From Octopus sinensis (lineage: Eukaryota): a stretch of DNA of 64,000 nucleotides. The stretch lies in contig NC_043005.1 of the NCBI RefSeq assembly GCF_006345805.1, positions 64,604,001-64,668,000 on the forward strand, read 5' to 3'. Made by a program: the position numbers and the translations under genes. The notes under the pieces are model-generated. The model was not told where the DNA came from and did no database searches. It saw only the letters and a list, made by a program, of their open reading frames with translations. Shown piece after piece: positions 39,228 through 49,350 of this stretch (position 1 is the first letter of the stretch; every line of letters starts with the position of its first letter).

Positions 39228-39297
39228 CATATATAAATACATACATACATATATATGTGTATAAAATATACATATATATATACATACACACACACAC

Positions 39298-39330
<33 letters not shown>

Positions 39331-39356
39331 CATATACATATACACACACATATATA

Positions 39357-40214
39357 CATGGTCTGATCAATACTTATCTGGACTGTTGCCATAGTAATGA
39401 AGCTAAAGCATGCAGAGTGAAGTCGCTCGCTACAGACTGATTTTGACCTCTGCTGTACAAGCACACTAAGTTTTAACATTCTAGCTCACTACTGCTATTT
39501 ACAGCAGTGCTTGGAAGGAAGGTGTGTAGCATACAATTGTCGCATTGAACATGACACAAAAAGGTTGAGTGGGGAATCTGCATCAAATTTTGCCCAAAAC
39601 TTGGTGATACCTGCTCAGAGGCCTACACAAAGTTTCAAAAAGTTTTGTTTTCATCGTTCTTGACACAATCAAGGAAATCTTGTGCAACTGAAACCCAAAT
39701 GCTTTTTTAGGTCAGCTGAAAGTGGTTCTGGCACAAACTTGCCAGACACACATCTCATGCCCAAATCTTCCGTGATAATGGACTGACCTGAAACTTAACT
39801 AATCTGCACATCTTCTGATAACTCAAGGATGGTGATTCAATAATTTCCCCTCACAGCAGCTGCACACACATCTGTTTTTCTCAGTTCTACTGGTTGCAGG
39901 TCTTCTGGAACATTCTTCAATACAGACATGTTTTGGGCCATCTTGGAAACATCTGAACCACTCATACACTTGTGTGCAGCTCTTACACTTTCTGCAACAT
40001 TGTGTAGGCCTCTGACCAGGTATCGCCATAACAAATTTCTCTGCCATGTTCAATGCAATGATCACATGCTACACACCTTCTTTCCAAGCACTGCTGTAAA
40101 CATTGGAAGTGAGCATACACAACAGGGTTCAAGGTCAATCGTTGCTAAGTGGCTTCACTCTACATGCTTTAGATTCAATACTATAGCAACAGTACAAATA
40201 TATATTGATCAGAC

Positions 40215-40218
<4 letters not shown>
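39357..40218. mobile_element. Mariner family 2 fold-back derivative made of two left ends
   Basis: TA-flanked ends CATGGTCTGATCAATA / ATTGATCAGACCTCA. The transposase N-terminus reads inward from both sides (+: MTQK...ICIKFCPKLGDTCSEAYTKFQK; -: ...TQVYEWFRCFQDG...RPATSRTEK). Confidence 0.8.
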
Positions 40219-40252
<34 letters not shown>

Positions 40253-40255
<3 letters not shown>

Positions 40256-40790
40256 TCATCATCATCATCATCATCATCATAATCGTCATCGTTTAACGTC
40301 CGTTTTCCATGGTTGTATGGCTTGGATGGTTTGACTGGGGACTGGCAAGTCAGGAGGCTGCACCAGACTCCAATCTGATCTCGCTATGTTTCTACAGCTG
40401 GATGCCTTTCCTTACACCAACCACTCTAGGAGTATAGTGGGTGCTTTTTATGTGCCACTAGCATGGGAGCCAGTCAGGCACTAGCATTGGCCACATTTGG
40501 ATGGTGCTTTTTATGTGCAACTGGCACAGGGGACAGTCGGGTCAGGGGAGGGTGGCATCGACCACGTTCAGAAGGTGCCTTTTACGTGCCAATGGCACGG
40601 GAAGCCAGTCAGGTGACACTGTTAATGACTCACGCATAAATGGTGATTATTGCATGCCACCAGTATGGTGTCAGCCACAACTACAATTTCTATTTTGATT
40701 TCGATTTGATTGAGATTGTGATTGTGATTTTGATTTTGATTTTGATTTTTGATTTTACTTGACTCAGTAGGTCTCCTCAAGCACGGTGTG
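40253..40790 (-). mobile_element. Family C retroposon (long version)
   Basis: (ATC)n tail, TTTCTACAGCTGGATGCC, several TTTTA(T/C)GTGCCA modules. Confidence 0.85.
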
Positions 40791-40859
40791 TCACCTGACG
40801 ATTCAAAGGTACTTTTTAAATGGGCTGGTTATGCAACACTAGTATAGTTGAGAGATATC

Positions 40860-41400
40860 CACACCATTATCCTTCTCTTCTCTACTTTTGCCTGACTCCA
40901 CCTTGAATATTGTTGTCCACTTTGGTCTCCCCACACAAAACAAAGTATCACGTAAATTGAAGCACCTCAAAGGTCAATTACAAAAAAGATAGATGGCATG
41001 ACAGGCCTTGACTATTGGGATGGACTAGAAAAGCTGAGGCTTTAGTCTCTCCAATGCCACCATGAGTGCTACATCTTCTGCATGATGTGGAAAATATTCC
41101 ATCAGCATTTCCCAAATGATGTTGGCATTGCCTTTAAGATACACCAAATACTTGGATCCCATGCTATCCACCCACACCATAAGTCACACTCGCATCTCAT
41201 AACAACAATACAGCACAATTATTTCACCTCAATTGCCCCTGCTCTCTTTAACATTACACCAAAACACATTAAAGCAGAAACAGACCCCATAAAGTTCAAG
41301 AAGTCTTTGGATAAATTCCTTCAAGTATCCCGGATAAACTTCCTACCCCTGGATATGTCTCCATAAACAACAACTCTCTCTTCAAGTGGGCCATGTTGTC
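40860..41400 (+). mobile_element. Decayed CR1/L2-group LINE 3' end
   Basis: [60 protein letters not shown]; ends in (TA)n. Confidence 0.8.
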
Positions 41401-41407
41401 CAGTTCC

Positions 41408-41516
41408 TTATATATATATATATGTGTACAAATATATATACAAATATATATATATGCATATATACATATATATATACATATATATATATATATGCATATA
41501 TATACATATATATATA

Positions 41517-41552
<36 letters not shown>

Positions 41553-41553
41553 C

Positions 41554-41610
<57 letters not shown>

Positions 41611-41657
41611 CATATATATACATATATATATATATACACATATATACATATATATAT
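41408..41657. repeat. (TA)n/(TACA)n microsatellite
   Basis: Direct reading of the sequence. Confidence 0.98.
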
Positions 41658-42318
41658 ATATGCGAATATAAACAAGAAGGGTAGTAATATTATTTACTAC
41701 CAGGTGCCCAGCACAAAAGACGAATTAGTCATAAGACAAAAATATTATTCATATAGAAAAATATTATTCATGTAGTTATACAATTAAGGGCTCCTAAATT
41801 AAGATAAATTCACCCCCTTTTTGTGTTCCCAGCACTCGGCATCTTAATTTAGGAGCCCTTAATTGTATAACTACATGAATAATATTTTTCTATATGAATA
41901 ATATTTTTGTCTTATGACTAATTCGTCTTTTGTGCTGGGCACCTGGTAGTAAATAATATTACTACCCTTCTTGTTTATATTCGCATATTACATGATGGAT
42001 TTATTCGTAAAATTCTTCCCGGCATGCCCTATACTGCCGTGTAAGTTTTGCGTCTGCGCAGAGATTTGAAAAGTTAAGATCTGCTAGTAGTCGGGTTCAA
42101 CACATGGTCCCACATCGCTGCAGACCTCGATTAAATTTAGGCGACTCGCTGATGAAGCTAGCCTTAGCAAACATATTCTGTGTTTTGCTAGAAAGAAGCA
42201 GAAACCGCGGTTCGAGTTATCGGTAAACGTTTTTGATTTTCACTCTCGATAAATTCATCCCCTTTTTGTGTTCCCAGCACTCGGCATCTTAATTTAGGAG
42301 CCCTTAATTGTATAACTA
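41658..42318 (+). mobile_element. Penelope/retrozyme-like non-autonomous element: inverted segment + 445-bp unit + 71-bp terminal redundancy
   Basis: Perfect inverted repeat 41658-41805 / 41841-41988; direct repeat 41803-41873 / 42248-42318 (1 mismatch); hammerhead at 42144-42217; embedded in (TA)n on both sides. Confidence 0.75.
42144..42217 (+). ncRNA. Type I hammerhead ribozyme motif (intact core, palindromic stem III)
   Basis: ACTCG-CTGATGA-[45-nt stem II region]-GAAA-CCGCGG-TT-CGAGT. Stem I is a perfect 5 bp; ACCGCGGT is a palindrome; predicted cleavage after GUU at 42212. Confidence 0.75.
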
Positions 42319-42398
42319 TATATATATATATATATACATACATATACATACATACATATATATACATACATACATACATACATACATACATACATACA

Positions 42399-42430
<32 letters not shown>

Positions 42431-42550
42431 CATAAATACATATATATACATAAATACATATATATACATAAATACATATATATACATACATACATATATA
42501 TATATACATACATATATATATATACATACATACATATATATATACATACA

Positions 42551-42614
<64 letters not shown>

Positions 42615-42708
42615 CATATATATACATACATACATATATATACATACATACATATATACATACATACATACATATATACATACATACATATATATATATA
42701 TACATACA

Positions 42709-42749
<41 letters not shown>

Positions 42750-42787
42750 ACATACGTACATATATATACATACATATATACACATAC

Positions 42788-42824
<37 letters not shown>

Positions 42825-42903
42825 ACATACATACATATATATCATACATATATATATACATACATATATATACATATATATATACATATATATATATATA
42901 TAC

Positions 42904-42960
<57 letters not shown>

Positions 42961-42990
42961 GCAAACATATATATATATATACATACATAC
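42319..42990. repeat. Long compound (TA)n/(TACA)n microsatellite
   Basis: Direct reading of the sequence; source of the YIYI/MYVC ORFs. Confidence 0.98.
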
Positions 42991-44012
42991 AGAGAAAGAA
43001 AGAGAGCGAGAGAGCTTACAAGCCAGCTTGGAGCATGGACATTAAATGATTATTATGATAATAGATTCACAGATATGTGTATGTGCTTGTGATAAATGTG
43101 AGTTATATATATATATAGATAGATAGATAGATATTGCTTTTATTGGCAATGAAAGAATTATTTTTGCCTGCAACATACATTTGAAGTATTGTTTTGTCTC
43201 AAATATGAACAGGCAAAACAGCACGGCAACAACTCAAAAAGAATAGCATTCATTCAATATGTGAATTCATATAACTTTGAAAGACAGGCTGTGCAAATTC
43301 CCTGGGTGTTTCTGATTTTACATAGTATACATATTAAAAAAAAAATGTTTTTCATGACTATTGCATTGTGTAATGAAATGACATACGTCACAATGTGTCT
43401 TCAGGTGTTCACAGTGGAGACATTTGGAAGAGTTTGGGGAAGTGATATAAAATCTTACCTAATTCAACATTAGAAAATTCTGATAACTAGTATATCCAGT
43501 TTGTCAAAAAATCACAGTATTTTAACAGAAATAAACTGAAACTGGTATTCAATAAATGCATCAATATATCATACATCATATATTGTATATAAACTTATTA
43601 TAACAATCATATACTGCCAGGCTAGGTTCTGACCAAAGTGTATTAACCAAAAGTTGTATATTTTGTCAATAATCAATGAAACATGCATTCCACACAATAT
43701 GATATAAATATAATCATGATATCCCATATGTATAAAGTTATGGTGAAACATAATATACAAATTACATTTGATACATGTTCACTATATTTTGTACAGTTTC
43801 CATATAAATTATATTACAATTATGATCTACTGAAATATTTATATTTGCAATACACAACACAGTTTATTGTAGAAGACAAGTGTTATGATATGGTGTTTTC
43901 CACAGTGGTAATGTGTGGCCACTGTTGTGACTGAAGCTGTTGTATCCACTTTAGTAGGCACGATATTTTATTGGTATCAGATACAGTGCATCTCTTCTAT
44001 ACCAGAATTGTA

Positions 44013-44572
44013 TTGGGTTGTCCGGGAAGTTTGTGCCGATTTTTAAAGGAAAGGAAAAGATCAATATGTATTTGCCATTACATTTTTAATCAACCGAATA
44101 TGAACCATTTTGTTGCACAATGCGTCTCCATCTTTCCTTTAATTTGAAAATACCCTCTAACCAGAAGTGAGGTGGTTTCATGGCAAAGAATTCATCAAGG
44201 TATCTTTTTACGTCATCCAAGGAATTGAAATTTTAACCATTAAGACTATTCTGAAGAGACCTGAATAAGTGGAAATCCGAAGGAGCAATATCTGGAGAAT
44301 ATGGAGGGTGGGGATAACATATCCCAGCCGAGTTGCAGCAATTTTTGTCTGGTTCCCAAACATCAAGTGCCAAAAATGAACTTTCTTATCTTCCATTTTA
44401 AAGGGTTACAGAATTAACACAGGTTATAGGAACATAAACCTTCTTCGATGAAAAGATAGCTAAAATTATGCTCTAAATGGAGGTGTAGTCAAATCCTATT
44501 TTATGGACTCAACCATGTTCTAAAATAAGATGAAAGGTAAGCTACTATAAATCGGCACGAACTTTCCGGACA
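44013..44572 (-). mobile_element. Mariner family 1 internal-deletion derivative with a clipped TIR
   Basis: TA|TTGGGTTGTCCGGGAAGTT at the left end; same fusion as 17272-17821; the other TIR stops at ...ACTTTCCGGACA where the neighbouring element begins. Confidence 0.93.
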
Positions 44573-44870
44573 CTGCATCATGTATTGCGTTATAACTTTG
44601 GTAAGTTGAACTATGAACTTTTATGCTTCGGTTCTCTTCTTTCTTTCCATTTCATTATTCTTTTACTCCCTTCCTCTATGTCATCATCCTATGAATATAT
44701 ACCATTCACATTTTCCATTTTTTGCTCCTATTTGTCTCTGATGATGGAATATCCTATACTAGGGAATATCCCAGAAACAGCTGTAAGATTTTGAATTTCT
44801 TCCTATAATAATATTGTATACAACTTGAGTTGCTTGCCTTGCCTTAATGTTAGCTATCCTGTTTAACAAT
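44573..44870 (+). mobile_element. Penelope-like pLTR fragment with a hammerhead motif
   Basis: Pyrimidine-rich segment containing the motif at 44735-44788, followed by (TA)(TG)n. Confidence 0.55.
44735..44788 (+). ncRNA. Minimal type I hammerhead ribozyme motif (intact core)
   Basis: TCT-CTGATGA-TGGAATATCC(TATACTA)GGGAATATCCCA-GAAA-CAGCTG-TA-AGA. ACAGCTGT is a palindrome; GUA cleavage triplet at 44783-44785. Confidence 0.72.
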
Positions 44871-45519
44871 TATATATATATGTGTGTGTGTGTATACACA
44901 TACACACACATATATATATACATATGTATATACATATATATATATATACATATATATATATGTGTATATATATATGTGTGTGTATATATACAAACACACA
45001 TGCACACACACACACACACACACATATGGATATATATGTATACATATATAAATAGATAGATAGATAGATATACAGATATATATATATATCATCATCATCA
45101 TCATCATTTAACATTCGCTTTCCATGCTGGCATGGGTTGGGCAGTTTGACTGAAAACTGGTTAGCTGGGTAGCTACACTTGATTCAAGTCTGGTTTGGCA
45201 TGGTTTCTACAGCTGGATGCCCATTAGTATAAGTACTGTGATTACAAAAAATAAGTCATAGGGTTGATTTGTTCAACTGAAGGCGCTGCTCCAGCATGTC
45301 CACAGTCAAATGACTAAAGCAAATAAAAGAATATCAAGACACACTAATGCTTATTACAGTAGATACAGGTGAAATATAGTTACAGATGTACATTTTCTTA
45401 CAAATAGTTAAACAAATGCGTCTTATGCATAGTTGGTTATGAAAGAATTGAGGTGGAAGGATGATGGTGACAAAGATGATAGAGATTATATGGGGAGGAT
45501 AAATAAAAAGAAACCAAAC

Positions 45520-45714
45520 CTGCTTTGTAAGCTGTTCCTCACAAAGTTTGTATAAGGTGAAAAACTTTTGAGCGAGTAGAATATTCTGCTGGAAACCACA
45601 GCTTGCCATTTTTACTCTCATTATTATTCCACGATCTGGAACCATCATTGCAACAGTACGGAAATTGATTTTTAAGTTCTCAGGCAACTCTTGGCGTCCT
45701 GCATACCCAGGATT
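45520..45714 (-). CDS. DNAH5: Dynein heavy chain exon E (AAA1 sensor I / arginine-finger region)
   Basis: Acceptor TTTTCTCTTTAG, 195 bp (65 codons), [65 protein letters not shown], donor GTTTGG. Confidence 0.97.
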
Positions 45715-46271
45715 CTAAAGAGAAAATTAGAATTATATATGACTGTTGCCTACTGTAAAGGAAGTAATAAAATTGCAATCATAAGATAATATTCATCTCA
45801 ATCATGAACAAAGCATCTGATTAACAAACACACATCAATCTTTTCAATAATAAATCAGAAAATAGACCAGAAATAATGTGAAATCCTTTATTTCCTGAGT
45901 ATTCAGAATTAATTAATGGTTAGCGGTTACACGAAAAACTACATAATAAATTTGAATTAGAACTTTTCCGAATTGTTAATGTGTCTCAATAGACATGAAA
46001 TACAATGTTGTATTATAAGACATAACTAAAGAAAACCATTAGAGGTTTTTTATTACAATTTACAAAGGGAAACAAATAATGCAATAGGTGTAGTACAAAA
46101 TATAACACATTGGCAAAAGTGCATAAATGCTATAATAGTTGTATATAACAGAGAAGAAAAGAGCTGTCTCTCTCTACAAGTCTGTCAAGATATAACTGCT
46201 TCTAATGTTTCTAGTGATGGTGTTTCAAAACACACTCTTATCCATTAAGTCCACCATTGCTTTGAGGCAGT

Positions 46272-46580
46272 GGAGGCCCAATAGCCCAGTGGTTAGGGAA
46301 GCGGACTCACGGTTGAAGGATCGCGGTTTCGATTCCCAGACCGAGCGTTGTGTGTGTTTATTTGAGTGAAAACACCTAAAGCTCCGCGAGGCTCTGGCAG
46401 GGGGTGATGGCAACCCCTGTTGTACTCTTTCGCCCCAACTTTCTCTCACTCTCTCTTCCTGTTTCTTGAGTAATGCTGCGATGGACTGGCATCCCGTTCA
46501 GCTGGGGGGAACACATATGCCACAGAAATCAGGAAACCGGACCCATGAGCCTGGCTAGGCTTGAAAAAGGCAATGTTTAT
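46272..46580 (+). mobile_element. tRNA-derived SINE (family F)
   Basis: A box TAGCCCAGTGGTTAGG, B box GGTTTCGATTCCC. Its tail (GCGATGGACTGGCATCCCGTTCAG...GAAACCGG...ATGAG) resembles the tail of family E. Confidence 0.8.
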
Positions 46581-46627
46581 CGTTTTTTTGTTTTGAGGCA
46601 ACCTGGCTTATTTAATGTTAGTTCTAC

Positions 46628-46985
46628 CACTGCGTCACACCTTGGGCAAGTGTTTCAACTATAGTCTCAGGCCAACCAAAGCCTTGTAAATATATTTGGT
46701 AGACAGAAACTGGAAGAAGCCCATTGTATATATGTATACATATATATATTTATACATATATCCATGTGTGTGTATCTTTGTGTCTATGCTTGTCACCCAC
46801 CACCACTTGACAACCAATGCTGATGTGTTTATGCCTTCATAACTTAGCAGTTCAGCAAAAGAGACCCATAGTATAAATACTAGGCATAAAAAAATGTCCT
46901 ATGGGTTGATTTGTGTGACTATAACCCTTCAAGGCAGTACTCCAGCTTGGCCACAGTCAAATGACTGAAACAAGTAAAACGATAA
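46628..46985 (+). mobile_element. Family A SINE (5'-truncated, diverged)
   Basis: CACCTTGGGCAAGTG...CAGTCAAATGACTGAAACAAGTAAAA. Confidence 0.85.
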
Positions 46986-47307
46986 GAGTTATATTTATAT
47001 ATGTATGGTGAGTGAACTTTATCAACAATGTTTTGCCCTTTCTTGGAGTTGTCAACCAAGGTTGCTGGCAGAACGCTAACTACAGAATACTGCTGGTAGG
47101 CCTGGTGTAATAAATTTTACTCTAGCTTTTTCTCATTTTACTTCCTTCCAATTTGACTTTGTAACTCCTTCCTTAACAAATCCTTGCCATTCTTTCTATC
47201 TGTCTTCTCCAATGCAGTCACACTGAAGCTACTCATTTCAGGAGATGACATCCTTATAATGGAGTGTCAGTCAACCTCTTTGACAAAAATAATACTGCCC
47301 AAATATA

Positions 47308-47541
47308 CTCTTTTTACTCTTACTCTCTTTTACACTTGTTTCAGTCAGTGGACTGCAGCCATGCTGGAGCACTACCTTTAGTTGAGCAAATTGACCCCAG
47401 GACTTATTCTTTGTAAGCCTAGTACTTATTCTATCGGTCTCTTTTGCCAAACCGCTAAGTTACGGGGATGTAAACACACCACCATCGGTTGTCAAGCAAT
47501 GTTGGGGAGACAAACACAGACACACAAACATATACACACAC

Positions 47542-47579
<38 letters not shown>

Positions 47580-47743
47580 GACGGGCTTCTTTCAGTTTCC
47601 ATCTACCAAATCCACTCACAAGGCTTTGGTCGGTCCAAGGCTATAGTAGAAGACACTTGCTCAAGGTGCTACGCAGTGGGACTGAACCCAGAACTATGTG
47701 GTTGGTAAGAAAGCTACTTACCACACAGCCATTCCTGCGCCTA
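47308..47743 (-). mobile_element. Family A SINE
   Basis: Complete family A structure, reverse orientation. Confidence 0.9.
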
Positions 47744-47749
47744 TAATAT

Positions 47750-49350
47750 ATTAACTTATTCACTATATTTAGAAACTGATTTGCACTCATAATTGCCAGA
47801 GCCTCGTGTTCCATTACTCTAGGTTTATATTGATTCAAGACTTTAGTCATTTACTCTTATGGATTACCAGGATAGGCTTTAAGCTGATGCTACACATGCA
47901 AAATGATGAGTAATTTTCTGGGCAGCTTCTGGAATATGATACATTAGAGCTGGATCATCTAGATTTCAGCCTATATATGTTCAGTAGCCAACTAGCTAGT
48001 CTTGTACAAATATATGCTCCACTTGTCAGTTCCCATGCCATTCTTTCAAGCATAACACTCAGAAATAATGAAAATAGCATTGGAGTAAGTACAGCCCTTT
48101 GTTACACTATGTATGACTGGTAAGGGGTCCAAACTAGCACTCCCAAAAGAGATTGTGGCAGATTGGCAGATTTGATTTTCTCAAGCCCTATGATTCGTAA
48201 TGCTAGTCACATAATTTCCTCAGAAGTATTTACAGTAGTTTTTCTTATTTCAATACCAATAATTGTAAAAGCTTTCATTGAAAGTTTTGACTACAAACTT
48301 CTGGAAAAAAACGTTCTCTTCAAAATAACTGTAACAATAACATTTTTACTGCTTATTTGTTATACTAAATAGCTGAAAATCTGTAAAATATATTGGTCAC
48401 ACCTTTTGGCAAAAGATGCAGTTTTTAGTATTTATATTATCCTGCAGAGGTGATAAGCTAATCTTATTTCAAAGCTGACTTTTTATTGAAGAAGAAGTAA
48501 ATAAAAATTCACCTTTACAACTTTGGTTATATTCATAGAGTGGACAAATAAAACTGTGCCTATTGCTTGTTGTATTTTAACAGACATGTGCAATACTTCC
48601 TAGAAGAGGACACTGGTCTGTTGCATGGTAGATACACCATCAGGAAATTGCATAACTATCTCAACAAATTTCTCCACACATGTATGGTCTGCAAACCCTT
48701 TCATTCTATACTGTTAAAAGCATTTGTAAAATCAATGAATGCAATTGAAAGAGGAATGTACTATTCCAAATGCTTTTCCTCAATGTATCATAAGATAAAA
48801 ATCATAACACTGGTGCTCCTAGACATGAGAAATTCGCACAAGATTTCAGGAAAAATTAATTTCAGTATTTTTCACAACCTCCTGATCAGTAGTTTATCTA
48901 GAATTTTCCCTTGGTAATTTCTGCTGTCCTGTCAATCACCTTTACACTTGAAAATGGTAACTATTTGTATGTTCTTGAAATATCAAGGGAGGTTACCACA
49001 TTTCACCACTCTGGAGAATTGAAGAAGCCTATAGCATTTCTTCCCTTCAGACTTATAGATTTCTATGGGGATGCTGTCAACACTAGGAGCTTTCCTGATG
49101 TCTCACAGTTGTCAGATACCATCTCATCAATATTCAGCAATAAATCCAAACTGATATCTTTCAAATTTAATGGAATACATTTCAGGTCCTCATGAAAAAT
49201 TGCTGAGGGTCTGGCTAAACTGTTTCTGCCAGACTGTGTGAATCAGACTGACTCCTAATTTCATCTGCCTTCTCGTCTCATCATCAGTATTTAGGATACC
49301 TCAGTTCCTTATGTAGCACAATATTTGCATCTTTAAGCAGATTCATAGCT
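47750..49350 (-). mobile_element. Decayed RTE-type LINE RT region, interrupted at 48229-48587
   Basis: Remnants IPLSIAFIDFTNAFNSIE and PLPVIHSVTKGC lie on either side of the insert in the expected RT order. Confidence 0.6.
48229..48587 (+). repeat. 359-bp AT-rich dispersed repeat, copy 1
   Basis: Reverse complement of 51376-51734, roughly 90% identical by eye. Confidence 0.9.

Noticed and set aside
42156-42172. Short alternative stem II (GCTA-gcct-TAGC) for the 42144 hammerhead
   Set aside because: It is followed by AAAC without G12 and has no stem I partner. The long fold using GAAA at 42201 satisfies all core and stem I/III pairings. It may be a competing fold.
41296-43045. Long ORFs of YIYIYI / MYVCMY / HTYIH type (also near 20.0, 23.7-24.1, 25.1, 39.2, 44.8 and 60.0-60.9 kb)
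   Set aside because: They are translations of (TA)n, (TACA)n and (CA)n microsatellites, which lack stop codons in several frames.
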